Assembly: GCA_036785375.1 (NCBI GenBank)
Contig: JAWMAR010000884.1
Coordinates: forward strand, 62,001-126,000
Direction: 5' to 3'
DNA from: Leucoraja ocellata
Lineage: Eukaryota
DNA: 64,000 nucleotides
Shown here: positions 1 through 12,704 of the stretch, in pieces
Layout: each line of letters opens with the position of its first letter
How positions within the stretch are numbered: the stretch's first letter is position 1
Notes under the pieces: model-generated
What the model saw: the letters and a program-made list of their open reading frames with translations, nothing else
What the model was told of the DNA's origin: nothing
Database searches by the model: none
Translations under genes and position numbers: made by a program

Positions 1-17
1 GAAGGAGAAAGCAGGGA

Positions 18-762
18 CTACCTAAAATTGGAGAAGTCAATGTTCATACCGCTGAGGTATAAACTACCCAAGTGAAATATGAGGTGCTGGTCCTCCGATT
101 TACAGTGGGCCTCGCTCTGGCCATGGAGGAGGCCCAAGATAGAAAGGTTGGATTCGGAATGGGAGGGGGTGCTGAGCCACCAGCAGATCAGGTTGGTTAT
201 TGCGAACCGAGTGGAGGTGTTGGGCGAAGCAATTGCCAAGCCTACGCTTGGTGTCACCGATGTAGAGCAGCTGACACCTAGAACAGCGGATGCAATAGAT
301 GAGGTTGGAGGAGGTGCAGGTGAACCTCTGCCTCACCTGGAAAGACTGTTTGGGTCCTTGTATGGAGTCAAGGGGGGAGGAAAAGCAACAAGTGTAGCAT
401 TTCCTGCGGTTACAAGGGAAAGTGCCAGGAGAGGGGGTGGTTTGGGTGGGAAGGGACGAATTGACCAGGGAGTTATGGAGGGAGCAGTCTCTGCGGAAAG
501 CCGAGAGGGGAGGGGATGGGAAGATGTGGCCAGTGGTGGGATTCCGTTGGAGGTGGCGAAAATGTCGGAGTATTATTTGTTGTATGTGACGGCTGGTAGG
601 GTGGAAGGTGAGGACAAGGGGGACTCTGCCCTTGTTACAAGTGGGAGGATGGGGAGTGAGAGCAGAGTTACGGGGTACAGAAGAGACCCTGGTGAGAGCC
701 TCATCTATAGTGGAAGAGGGGAACCCCTGTTCTCCAAAGAATGAGGACATCTCCGATGCCAA
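18..762 (-). mobile_element. Penelope-like retroelement, 3' part of ORF (RT thumb/linker + GIY-YIG endonuclease), frameshifted
   Basis: ORF 100..762 has NLIYCIRCSRCQLLYIGDTKRRL (GIY-YIG variant) and PCNRRKCYTC linker cysteines. The C-terminus SGMNIDFSNFR is in the shifted ORF 18..257. Highly similar to 18800-19338. Confidence 0.9.
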
Positions 763-764
763 AT

Positions 765-1410
765 GTTCCTTGGGTTATTTTATGTGGTGGGGGTGGGGGG
801 GGGGGGTGGAGTTGGGGGAAACCTTTTTCAATATCACACCTTGACGGAGACGCAATTTTTTTCATATCGTATCTCCGTCCCCACTGCGGCCTAACATCGT
901 GGAGTTGGCGGCCTTTCCTGGAGACCGACCCAGCGCTCCATGCCACGGGAGTCTGTGGAACTTTAACATTGCAGAGCTTGCGATCCCTTTGCCGAGGATC
1001 GAAGCTCCAACTGTGGGGCCTGTAGACTTTAACATCATGAAGCCCGTGGTCTCTAGTAAGAAGAGGCTGACTCGGGAGCTCCATGCTGCGGAGAGAGTTT
1101 CAACTGCCCCGACATGGGAGTTTCGATCACCCCTACGGGGGCTTCGATCGTCAGCTGCGGGGGCTTTGATTGCCCCGACTGTGGATGGTTCGACTGCCCC
1201 GACCGTGGGAGAACAAGAGGAAGCAGATTGAACTTTATAGCCTTCCATCACAGTGAGGAATGTGGAATCCACTTTGGATGGATGTATATGTTAACCTTCA
1301 TGTGGTTGTGTGTCTTGTTACTTTGCACTTAGTACGGCTGTATGATAACTCAAATTTCACTGTACCTTAATTGGTACATGTGACAATAAACTGACCTTGA
1401 ATCCTTGAAA
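765..1410 (+). mobile_element. GC-rich non-autonomous retroelement with Rex1/Babar-like 3' tail
   Basis: Body is similar to 15873-16795(-) and 20855-21080. Ends TTTCACTGTACCTTAATTGGTACATGTGACAATAAA, a tail also seen at 25255-25290. Confidence 0.6.
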
Positions 1411-3250
1411 CCCCAAGCATGTTGTTTTTAGCAGAAGCAGAGCTACACACCTAATGCTGGTGAGATTAGGTTTGCCCCCTCTATGGTCGGTATGGACAGA
1501 GCGGGAAAAATGGCTGTGTTGTAAATATTCTATGATTTTCTTTTTCTGCAGACATACGTTTGCTAAAAAATGTTAATTATGCCTTTGAGGAAAGATGCTG
1601 TGGATTTGTAATTTGGATTTGTGTAGTTTGTTAAATTGATATAGCCCATGTCTGTTTGTAACCCGACCCAGCTCCATAGATACAAATACATATGCCTATA
1701 CCAATCACACCATTATTGTACTGGAAATGCAAGGAACAGCAGATACTGGAATCTTGAGTAAAACAAAAAGTGCTGTAGTAACTCAGTGGGTCAGATTTAG
1801 AAGGGTCCCAACTCGAATCATTGCCTTTCCATAATCTCCAGAGATGTTCCTGCTTTGTATTTCACTATTGTACTGGAGTTGCATGTAGCCAGAATGATTA
1901 AACTGACACTTCTCGACATAATCAAAATAGCTGTGTAAGATTGTAAATGCTCTATATAATCTGAGAACTATTGCCTTGCTTTGTGCCTGTAAACTATCAA
2001 CAGAATAAGCCTACATCAGCTAATGTACCTTAGTCTCTTAAGCCCTTTCTATTACGACTTAAGCCCCTGCCATGAATATTTCAGTTCCCCACTTGAACTC
2101 TGTTTTTCCTTAACACACATATGTAAACATTTGACGATAACATACACAATAAAGGAGTTGAACCCATCTCCAGTTTCTCATAGATAATGACATGAGTTGT
2201 TGCTCTTCCCAAATGTTCAAGTTGGATGCAGTCAACCCATGAAACACAAATCATAATTCCAATTTAAATTTGCAATGGAAAATAAAATCTGCTGGGTTGT
2301 AACATATATTGTTACAATATAATGTTATTTAACAACTGTACTTAATTTAAGTAACATAAATCTGATCTATGTGATGTCTATTGCTTTATTTTGAATAAAA
2401 TATGAATAGGTTTCCAGATAAATCTCATGGATTTAATAAATGTGCATGAGGACTGCATCTAAAACAGTATTTTCTGTCATTATAATATAATATACTGTCT
2501 ACCAGGCATGCAAAGACAAGAAGAGGTCACATCCAGTGATGAAAATGGCTGGATTATACAGTAACTGTCTTATATCAAGTATGAACATTTGATCATATCA
2601 CACTACAGAAGGCAGCAAAGTTGAACAAAAGGATTTACAGTATTTCAAAAATTGTCACAGCTTCTAACAGTGTGATGGAATATCCAGTCATACGGAGAAA
2701 TAAATGATACCAGTAGATATTGAAGGAAAAGATCAGTTTTTTAATGCTTCTGTGTGAAACTGAGAAATGTCACTCAATAAAAAGTGAAATATGCATCATT
2801 ATTAATCTTTAATAGAGATAAAATATCTGACACAAAACATAGTGCTTATTATCTTAGTACTGCCTATAACTGAATCTATGTGAAATCTTCTCCTTACAGT
2901 ATTTGATAGGTCATCCTGGTCATTGAACACCCTAGTTATCATTTGGTACACTTCATATAATTGTGGGAAACATTGGGAAGTGCATCAGCCAAGAAATATT
3001 ATCAGAATTTTCAACTGTTAAGTATCATGGAAGATATTCATTTTACATTAACAGAAAACATAACTGTATGACAATCAAACATGCAATAACGTAATCTTGT
3101 TATAGAGTAACACAGCACAGAAACAGACCCTTCAGCCCAACCCATCCATGCTGACCAATGTAACACGTCTAAGCTTGTCCTTTTTTACCCCATTTGACCC
3201 ACATCCCTCTTCCTATCCATGTACCTGTCGAAGTATCTTTCAAATGCTGT

Positions 3251-3559
3251 TTAGTTGAGAGATACAGCGCAGAAACAGGCCTTTCTGCCCACCGGGTCCA
3301 AGCCGACAAGCGATCCCCGCATATTATCACTATCCTACACACACAAGGGACAATTTTTACATTTACCAAGCCAATTTACTGACATACCTGTATGTCTTTG
3401 GACTGTGGGAGGAAACCAAAGAGCTCAGAGAAAACTCATGCAGGTCACGGGGAGAATGTACAAACACTGTACAGACAGCACCTGTAGTCGGGATCGAACC
3501 TGGGTCTCTAGCGCTGCAAGTGCTGTAATGCAGCAACTCTACCGCTGTGCCACCGTGGC
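3251..3559 (-). mobile_element. tRNA-derived V-SINE (HE1-like)
   Basis: Box A TGGCACAGCGG and box B GGTTCGATCCC, V-domain GTTTGTACATTCTCCCCGTGACC...GGTTTCCTCCCACAGTCCAAAGAC, CR1-like tail. GCTGTT occurs on both sides. Confidence 0.85.
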
Positions 3560-4570
3560 TGTTATAGTATCTGCCCCAACTACCTCCTCTGGCTGTTCGT
3601 TCCATATGCCCATCATCCTCTGAGTGAAAAAGATGCCCCTCAGGTTCTTATTAAATATCTCCCCTCTCACCTTAAACCTTTTCCCTCTAGATCTTGGTTC
3701 TCCTACCCTAGGTAAAATGCTGAGCATTTGCCTTATTTACTTCCCTCGTGAAGTTACATACCATCATTAGATCACCCCCACAATCTCCTGCGCTCCAAGG
3801 AATAAAGTCCTATCCTGTTCAAACTCTCCGTATAGCACAGACCCTAGAGTCCTGGCAACATCCTTGTAAACCTTCTAAGTACTCTTTCCAGCTTAATGGT
3901 GTCCTTCCTATAGAAGAGTGAGCAAAACTGAACACAATACTCCAAATGCAGCCTCACAAATGTCTTGTGCAGTACAACTGTAACATTCTGTTCTATCTCC
4001 TATACTTAGTACAAGGGGCTGGAGTAACTCAGCAGGACAGCAAGCAGGTTAGTGTGAAGAAGGGTCTCATCTATCCATGTTCTCCAGAGATGCTGATGGA
4101 CCTGCTGAATTATTCCAACCCTTTGTGTCCTTTTGTATCTTAGTCAGCATCTGCAGTTCCTTTTTTCTTTACTCAGTACCCTGATTAATGAAAACTAACA
4201 TACCAAAAGCCTTCTTTACCACCCTATCTACCTGTGATACCACTCTCTGAGAACCATGTACTTGTACTCATGGATCCCTCTGCTCTACAACACTCCGCAG
4301 GCCCCTACCATTCACTGTGAAGGTCCTGCCCTGGTTTGATCCCTAAATGCAACACCTCACACTTATCTGTATTGAATTCCATTAGTCATTCCTCAGCCTA
4401 CCTGCTCAGCTGATCAAGATCCTGCTGTGAATTTTGATAATTATTTTCACAGTCTACGATATCACCTGCTTGAGTATCATCTGCAAATTTACTAATCTTG
4501 CCTTGTGTATTCTCACCCAAATCATTGATATAAACCACGAACAGCAATGGGCCAGCACTGATCCCTGAGG

Positions 4571-5324
4571 CACACCACTAGTCACACCACTAGTCACACC
4601 ACTAGTCACACCACTAGTCACAAGCTAGTCACAAGCTAGTCACACCACTAGTCACAAGCTAGTCACACCACTAGTCACACCACTAGTCACAAGCTAGTCA
4701 CACCACTAGTCACACCACTAGTCACACCACTAGTCACAAGCTAGTCACACCACTAGTCACAAGCTAGTCACGCCACTAACCACAAGCTAGTCACACCACT
4801 AGTCACAAGCTAGTCACGCCACTAGTCACAAGCTAGTCACACCACTAACCACAAGCTAGTCACGCCACTAGTCACAAGCTAGTCACGCCACTAGTCACAC
4901 CACTAGTCACAAGCTAGTCACACCACTAGCCACAAGCTAGTCACACCACTAGTCACAAACTAGTCACGCCACTAACCGCAAGCTAGTCACGCCACTAGTC
5001 GCAAGCTAGTCACGCCACTAGTCACACCACTAGTCACACCACTAGCCACACCACTAGCCACACCACTAGCCACACCACTAGCCACACCACTAGCCACACC
5101 ACTAGCCACACCACTAACCACACCACTAACCACACCACTAACCACAAGCTAGTCACACCACTAGTCACACCACTAGTCACAAGCTAGTCACACCACTAGC
5201 CACAAGCTAGTCACACCACTAGTCACAAGCTAGTCACACCACTAGTCACAAGCTAGTCACACCACTAGTCACAAGCTAGTCACACCACTAGTCACAAGCT
5301 AGTCACACCACTAGCCACAAGCTA
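4571..5324. repeat. Minisatellite of 12-bp (GTCACACCACTA) and 11-bp (GTCACAAGCTA) units, ~750 bp
   Basis: Directly visible tandem array with variants GCCACACCACTA, ACCACACCACTA and GTCACGCCACTA. No unique spacers. Confidence 0.97.
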
Positions 5325-6009
5325 CTGCCAAAAATAACTTTCTACCAACATCCCCTGCATTCTTCCCGGAAGCCAATTTTACCTGCAATTTTACCTCAGC
5401 TATCCCTCCCTGAATCCTACACAATCTTACCTTCCAGAGCAGCATACCATGCCAAACCTTATCTAAGGCCTTGCTGGTCCATATAGACTGTATCTACATC
5501 CTTGCCCTCATCAACCTTCAGGCCATTTAAACATATTTAAGCACAGTACAAGAACATATGAAACTACACTGGCAATTTCTAGTCCTCAAATAATATTGCA
5601 CAACAGAATCATCTTAAACACTATTAATTTTTTCACTAAATAACTCAACTTCAATTTGCTGAGGTCTCCCTGTCCCCTTGATTAATCTCCTCCACATAAT
5701 CACATATTCTCTGCGCATTGATTATATTAAAACTATTCCATCCCCGTTCTGTGTTCTTGCCCCAGTTACATTGCTTGAGGGATTTATAATGATATATGGA
5801 AATACAAAGAGGGATTAAAAATGTTTGGATCACATTAATATCAGGCACCTATCGGTCCTGAAGGCAGAGATTAATTGATTTTTTTTTTGCTAAGTATGCC
5901 ATAAAGGTAATAGCAAATCAGTAATTTGTGAACTTCAATTTTATTTCCATTGCCAGTCAATGCAATAGAAATTCAGGCAGCTCGAAAGCCCCCCCCCCCC
6001 CCATGGAAA

Positions 6010-6578
6010 GCTAAATGTAAAGGATAAAATATACAATGGCAAGACCCTCAACAGCACTTCAGTGCACAAAGATCTTAGGGACCAAGTTCATAACTCCCAT
6101 CATAGGCCACAAGAGTAAGCACGTGGAAAATAAGGCAGAGATACATTGAATTGTTGCCTTTATTTCATCAGGGCATTGAGTATGTCAGGAAGTCATGCTG
6201 CAGTTTTATAGGACTTTGGACTGTATTTGGCATATCACATGTAGTTCGGGTCACCCTAATACAGGAACAATGTGGGGACTTTGGACAGGATGTAGAAGAG
6301 GTTTACCAGAATGATGCCTGGATTAGAAGGTACCAGCTACAAGGAGAGGTTGAACAGACAGGATTGTTTTCTCTGGAACGTTAGAGATTGGGGGAGCCAT
6401 GACAGAAGTATATACAATTATGAGAGGCATAGAGAGGTAGACAGAAACGTTTGCCCAGGATGGAAATATTAAATACCAGATGGATTATGTCCAGGCAGAT
6501 AAGAGTTTGTCCTAGCATCAGGCAATGTCAGCTGAAGGGCCTGTTCCTGTATTGAACGGTTCTATATTCCATGTTCTA
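6010..6578 (+). mobile_element. CR1 LINE 3' fragment
   Basis: GTTTACCAGAATGATGCCTGGATTAGA...GGATTGTTTTCTCTGGAACG, ending GCTGAAGGGCCTGTTCCTGT...TTCTATATTC as in other CR1 ends in the window. Confidence 0.75.
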
Positions 6579-6932
6579 AAATGAAAGACTCTAAAATCCC
6601 ACTATTGTGGTTGGTGTAAATGAATGTGAAAAAGGCGCACAGCTCTTAAATGTGAATGTTGGTCCCAAATGTTTAAACCTTCGATACTCTAAAATAAACT
6701 GATACATAACCCACCAGGTGAATTACTTAAAACCAAGAAGCAGACTGAAAAGATAGCAAGAATCATGTGGTGATTAGCAGGTGGTAATTAGCAGGAATTA
6801 TGTCAGCAGCTTAACTTCTCTGTTCTCATTCTGAAGGTCCAGACATGGAAATTATGTTGTACTTACAGTCTCTTTTACTAATGCTTCTCTGTTGCTTCTG
6901 CAAATGCTTTAAAAGGCTTTCTTTCACTTTCT

Positions 6933-7203
6933 TAGTTTAGTTCAGTTTAGATGTACTGTGTGGAACAGGTCCGACCAATGCTATCCTGCACACACTAGAG
7001 AATATTTACAATTTTACCAAGCCAATTACCCTACAAACCTGTACATCTTTGAAGTGTTTTAGACAACCGGAGCAGACAGATAAAACCCACGCAGGTCACG
7101 GGGTGAACGTACAAACTTTGTACAGACAGCACCCGTAGTCAGGATCTAATCCGGGTCTCTGCCGCTGTATGGCAGCAACTCTACCGCAGCGGCACTGTGC
7201 CGT
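6933..7203 (-). mobile_element. V-SINE (HE1-like)
   Basis: Same head and V-domain as 3251-3559; (CTAAA)n-type tail at 6933-6950. Confidence 0.8.
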
Positions 7204-8819
7204 CCCCTTTCTGCAGAAATAATGTGGACAAACCAGAGGTAACAGGTGTGATTGCCAAATGGCACAGGCAAGAAGACCACAAGAGGCATCGTAGAAGCAA
7301 TGGGCCAATCCAGACTGCAAAACAGTTGGACAGTTGACTCCTGAATACCTTTGGCCAATGACAATTCAAGAATATGCTTGATAATAGCTGTACTGATGAA
7401 CACAATCTCAAGACTTGCACAGGCAGTGAAGGTCTTGTGTTTCCTATTAAGTAGCCACAAAAAGGGACTGAGTGATTATCATTGATTGCAATATGGGCAG
7501 CTCACTAAATTAGTGCTGTTTGTGTATTATAGTGATTGCTGTACATAGCCAATGCTAACAGCCATCCTAATCAACAGCATATGTTAACATCCCAGCCAAT
7601 CTCTTAACTTGCCAGCAGCAGTTATGACTGGCTCAGATTCCTAAAGATAATCTCCCTCCTCTGAAAGTGATGTTTTCTGCCTGGAGCAGAAGCTGGCAGG
7701 CACTCAGTAAAAATCAGATCCAAAAGGAATTGTATTACCTCAAAGAGTATGGCCTCCAAAGAGTCTGTATGCTGCATCGGAGCCCTTGATCAAGATGGGT
7801 GTCAGTAAGGGTGGGGAGAGGATAGGCGAGTGCCAGGAGTGTAGGCCAAGAACCTTGTGCAGCCTTTGGGGGAACAATTCACAGGACTACCAGTAAGCAA
7901 AGGCACATAGAGGAATAGACAAGTAACTAGCTAACAGCTTGATTTCATTTATTAATCTGCTGTGGAAAATTGTGGAGTTTTTTTACATTTTTGTTTTGAG
8001 AAGAAGCCCATATGCTGGTGGTTAGTGGTATGAGAAAGAAGCACATATTGCACTTAAATTAGTATTTTGGCAACAATGAGGAAACGTTCAGGCAATATTG
8101 CTACTGTTGTCTTCGCTGTTGTTCAATTCTTCATCCCCTTCCTAACAATATGTGACAAGCAGCAGGATCGATGGTTTAGTTATGCATCACACAGCAGGCT
8201 ACATGAAGCCTGATTCCCGAGTGGGACAAGCTGTGTGGGGTTTGTCCAGAGCAGAATAGGTGTCGAAAAGATAGCTTTAATCTGGCAATGTTCTGTTCTG
8301 TCACATTTTGTGTGGTTTTCATTAAAGATTTCATATATGGTTGTACATAAGTTGTGAATGGGAGTGAACGATGCTATCAGAGGATAGACCTTGATGCCAA
8401 GCAGCCATCATGCGGTTTCCGCAGTGTGTTAATTCTGCTGATGTATGAGACCAAGACATCACAGCCACTGTCAATATACATAGTGTTAAAGTACACAATC
8501 ATTGCCACACACCAGCTGCAAACTGGGGGACCTGAAGCCCACATGGTTCTGGTGTAAGACACAACTAACACATGGGATCCCCATAGTCAATGCCACCTGT
8601 ACCATAGAGACACTGACATCCAAGCAAAGCCACGTGGCCACATTGGTCTTGAGTGAGAGAGTGGGCGACATTAAGCAAAAATTAAGGTTAAACTCCAAGA
8701 TGTTTCAAATGTCTTCAGCCGAAGTCTTGAAAGAAGAAGATTATGCAAATATTCACAAAGGCAATCACCTTGACAACAACTGACAGCACTGTGATTTAAA
8801 AGAATAAAAAAAGCTGAAA

Positions 8820-10060
8820 ATAGTTAGCAGGAGAATTAGAACAGGAGTCGGTCAATTGGCCCCTTAAGCATCCTCCATCATTTAATACAAAATGTTACCT
8901 AAACACATTCCCATCCATCCATAGAAACCTTTCATCCCTTACTAGGACATACTGTATATCCCATTTTTTAAAAAAGATTAAAAAACTCTGTTTTCACCAC
9001 CTTTTTAGGAAGAGTTAAAAATATTCACCTTATCCTTGCCTTAAATGGACAACCCTTTATTTTAGACAGCAACCCCTCAATATATATTATCTCAAGGAAT
9101 GTATACGTTTCAATCTATCAACTTTCTCAACATCAGCCCATATAAATTTCAACCTTTTCAACCTTTTCTCAAAAGGCAACCTATCTACTTCATGTATTGG
9201 TTTAGTAAACCTCCTGTCTGCCGCTTCTAATACAGTTCGAATAGAAAACTTTAATACTGTAAATAGTATTTCAAATCTGGTATCACGAATGCCTTATATA
9301 ACTGAAGCATAGTTCAGTTCCCCTGGAAATAAATGAAAGAAATGAAAGAATTCTGAAATAAATGAAATAATTATGTTAGTTTCCCTAATTACGTGTAGTT
9401 ACTGCAGTCTAATGTTGTTTGAATCAAATGCAGCAACTCAGATTCCTGTGAATCCCAGAGTTCTACAATGTCTCGCCATTTTGATAAATCCTTCTTCTTA
9501 ATTCTTCCTGCTTAGACAATTTAACATCTTACCACATTACGGTCCATTTGTAGATCTTTGCCCACTCACATAGCCTATGTATATCCTTTTGTATCCTCAT
9601 TTTTTTTCTTCACAACTTACTTTCTACCTACCTTTGTACTATAAGCAAATTTAAACCATACCTTAGATACTTTCATCCAAATCATTTATACATATCGTGA
9701 AAAGTTGTCACCCCAGCACTGATTCATATGACAAGCCACACATCACATCTTACCAACCAAGAAGATAAATCATTTATGCTGCTCTCTGTTTCTGTCAGCC
9801 AACCAACCACCTATTGATGCCAACATTTCACTTCCCATGCAATGAATTTTATGCAATAAACGTTCTTCTGATCTTCATCAAATGCATTCTGGAAATTTGA
9901 GAATGGTAAATTCGCCATTGCTCCCTTATCCATAGCACTTGTTACTTCTGCGAAGAAGTCCCTTACACAGAACTACGTTGACTTTGCCCGATTCATTTGA
10001 TTGCTTCCAACTGACCCGCAAAATTGTTTTTAATGATAATTTCTGCGTTTTCCTTCATGC
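8820..10060 (-). mobile_element. Old, highly decayed CR1-like LINE fragment
   Basis: Scattered CR1-like remnants (GTGCTGGGG near 9715, AAATTTGCT near 9650, CR1-type 3' end near 8840-8880). Boundaries are approximate. Confidence 0.5.
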
Positions 10061-10289
10061 AGGGTAATTGCTCATGGAACACCTTCAGGAAATATCATCT
10101 CGGGCTGACCTCCTTCCTCCATTCCTCCTCCTTCTATCAGCAGCTTGTGCCAGTATCCATTGCCAAAGCTCAATATCTCAGTCATACCATGCTTCAGTAG
10201 ATCTATTGTATCTCAGTGGATGATGGTGGTAGCAAAATTAGCTCAAGACACTTCCAGTTTCCAGCTTCTGCTATGTTGCTCCTCAAGCA

Positions 10290-10657
10290 ACTAGACTAGC
10301 CTTGTGGGAAAGGAAACAGTGAAAACCACCACCAGGTAAAGATGCCAATCCCAACCAAGGAACAGATACCACCTGGTCACAGGTGTGACTGGAAGACCTG
10401 GAAGTTCCTCAATAGGCTTCGTACAGGAATGGGCCAATGCAAGACCAATATGAGCAAATGGGGCTTTGCAGATGCGGCAGACACAGAATGTGAATGTGGA
10501 ACATCTGTACAATCCATGCCGCACCTACTAAGATGTCCACCTCTTGGGAAACAATGCTGCTTGGAAGATCTAGCGATGGCAAACGAGAAGGCTGTCCACT
10601 GTGCATGAGCCTGGCCGAACATTTGAAACATAGATAATGGACACGAAAGAAGAAGAC
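10290..10657 (+). mobile_element. Vingi/Ingi-like LINE 3' end (C-terminal CCHC zinc knuckle) with (GAA)n tail
   Basis: ORF 10342..10608: WKFLNRLRTGMG..NMSKWG..CECG...QSMPHLLRCP; ends GGACACGAAAGAAGAAGA. Confidence 0.7.
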
Positions 10658-10845
10658 CATGCCTCAAATAAACCGCTAACTCTGCACTTGCAGTGCAACA
10701 GCATTCTTTGCACAGAAGATTTGAATTCAGCAAATGTTGTTTAGCATATGCCATACCACTCCCTCCAGATTTTTGTAACTTTAGCAATTATACAAAATTA
10801 TATAATAGATAAATTAACCTAAGAGGTTAAGAAGTTAACAAAGAC

Positions 10846-11345
10846 TTATCCCACCCCGGTCATTCCTTCTTCTCTCTGCTCCCATCTGGCAGAAGGTACA
10901 GAAGCTTGAAAGTGTGCATCGCCAGTCTCAGGGACAGCTTCTTCCCCAATGGAATAAGACATCTGAATGGTCATAGAGTCAGTCATGCAGTGCAGAAACA
11001 GACCTTTCGGCCCAACCTGTAACATCACTTTCAAGGAAGTATGTACCTGCACTCCTACCATGTTACTCTGCGATGCTCCCCAGACCCCCACCATTCACCC
11101 ATGTTAGATGTTCTAAAATGCATCACCTCACATTTCTCTGTATTGTACCGTCTGATTCACCTCTACCCCATTGCAGACATTGGACCGTCTATGGAACTGA
11201 TGCACTATAATGCTGAGATCTATATTCTGCAAACTTGTATCTTACACTTTTCTCCATTTATTGTACTTGAGTTTGACATGAGTGTATTTATGTACAGTAT
11301 TATCAGATCTGAATGGATAACATGCAAAACAAAGTGACAATGATT
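10846..11345 (+). mobile_element. Rex1/Babar-like LINE 3' fragment
   Basis: Encodes HPGHSFFSLLPSGRRYRSLK...LRDSFFP; 3' UTR similar to 25050-25290. Confidence 0.7.
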
Positions 11346-11400
11346 ACTCTAAACCGGGAAATGGTTGCAGGAAAATTGATTGAATAATCACATCTTTCCC

Positions 11401-12266
11401 AGTTCCTACGACGATGGCTCGCTGTTACCGGTCTCGTATGCTTCGCGGACCATGACACGGAGCAACGGTATGCTCAGATCAAGAAGGAGCTCCTGGCGGT
11501 GGTGTTCGCTTGCTCCAAGTTTAAAGATTTCCTCTTTGGCAGCAAGTTCATAGTCAAAACCGACCACCAGCCATTAGTGACTATTCTTAACAAACCCATA
11601 CATGTTGCCCCTGCCAGGCTGCAGCGCATGATGCTGCAGCTCCAGCGTTTTGATTTCCAAATCGTATACAAGAGGGGCACCGAGATGCATGTGGCCAACA
11701 CTCTGCCTCGTGCCCCACGAGCTTCCTGTGACCATCACCCTTACGAGCAGGAAGACCTGCTGGTACTGAACGTCAACTTTGTCCCGACTAAGCAGCTGCA
11801 GTGCCTGGCCGAGCACACCGCCGCTGACCCTGCTTTGCAGCAGCTCGCAGCCGTTATCAAGAGCAGGTGGCCCGACAGATGCACCACTTTACCGTCAGGT
11901 GCCCAACCGTTCTTCCTGGTCTGCGATGAGCTGGTGATCCAAGATGGTGTTATCGTCAAGGGCCACAAGGTTGTGGTCCCAGCTTCTCTGTATGATCTAT
12001 ACTACAACGCAGCCCACAGCGGTCATCCTGGGGTCGATGCCACTATTTCTCATGCCCAAGGGCAATTCTACTGGCCTGGTATGGCCAAATACATCAGGGA
12101 CCGAGTGTCCTCCTGTTCCTCCTGCAACAACCTCGCCCCACACCAGCAGCGTCAGCCCCTTTTGCAGCAGCCGGCGCCTACCATGCCCTGGACATCGCTG
12201 GCTGCCGACATATTCGAATGGCGGGGCAAGCAGTTTCTCGTCCTGGTTGACTCGTACTCCAACTGG
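11401..12266 (+). mobile_element. Gypsy/Ty3 pol fragment (RNase H + integrase HHCC zinc finger to start of core)
   Basis: PVSYASR..RYAQIKKELLAVVF, KTDHQPL, RLQRMMLQLQRF, H-SGH..FYWPGM..C..C, LAADIF..FLVLVDSYSNW (ORF 11499..12293). Confidence 0.92.
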
Positions 12267-12298
12267 AGGCGTGGGTTCGGATCCCACTTCTGACACCA
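12264..12298 (+). other. 3' 35 nt of tRNA-Leu including CCA (extended primer-binding site of the adjacent LTR; not a tRNA gene)
   Basis: TGGAGGCGTGGGTTCGGATCCCACTTCTGACACCA matches the vertebrate tRNA-Leu(CAA/CAG) 3' half TGGAGGCGTGGGTTCGAATCCCACTTCTGACA-CCA (recalled) except A>G at 12280. Confidence 0.85.
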
Positions 12299-12510
12299 TG
12301 TAAAGAAGTCAAGTCTGACACACTTGTAGCTTTACTTAATCTTTAATGATCACCCAGGTTAGACATGTTCCAGCACTGACTGCTTACAGTCTATCACCGT
12401 GCTGGAACCAGGGGAGAGAGAGAGAGTTATTATACTTGATAACTAAGGCGTGGTCAGTGGTACTGAGGTAGCTATATTATTGGTTGCATGCATGAACCAT
12501 CTACACTACA
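12299..12510 (-). repeat. Gypsy LTR (212 bp), TGTA...TACA
   Basis: Minus strand starts TGTAGTG and ends TTTACA, immediately followed by PBS TGGTGTCAGAAGTGGGAT. Contains CCAAT, TATAAT and ATTAAA. Confidence 0.8.
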
Positions 12511-12610
12511 TTCCCCCATGAACCTGCACATTCATGCCTTCATTGGTGCTTCTGATAATATTAACATTCACCAGTGTAAATAGGTTTTGCATTTTACTGA
12601 ACTGAAGAAA

Positions 12611-12704
12611 CTGAAGAAGGGTCTCGCCCGAAACGTCACCCATTCCTTCTCTCCAGAGATGCCGCCTGTCCCGCTGAGTTACTCCAGCATTTAGTGTCTA
12701 CCTT
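12611..12704 (+). mobile_element. Penelope pLTR-derived mini-element with minimal hammerhead-like core
   Basis: CTGAAGA-AGGGTCTCGCCC-GAAA-CGTC, followed by the same 3' sequence that follows the Penelope ORF at 19435-19555. Confidence 0.7.

Larger units (their letters stand above)
3102..5520 (-). mobile_element. CR1 (HER1-like) LINE, 3' part of ORF2 and 3' UTR, decayed; interrupted by a V-SINE, a mini-element and a minisatellite
   Basis: Minus-strand translation gives VTSGVPQGSVL (4551-4585), KFADD (~4477-4490) and NLRGIFFTQRMMGIWNEQPEEVV. CR1-type 3' end near 3105-3140. Confidence 0.85.

Noticed and set aside
79-744. Long plus-strand ORFs opposite Penelope (also 18721..19140 minus) and antisense ORFs over Tc1/DIRS
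   Set aside because: Antisense shadows of TE coding frames with no recognisable domains.
4571-5324. CRISPR-like array
   Set aside because: Head-to-tail 11/12-bp units with no unique spacers and no cas genes; vertebrate DNA; derived from CR1.
12264-12298. tRNA-Leu gene
   Set aside because: Only the 3' 35 nt are present, with encoded CCA, fused to an LTR end; no D-arm or anticodon arm.
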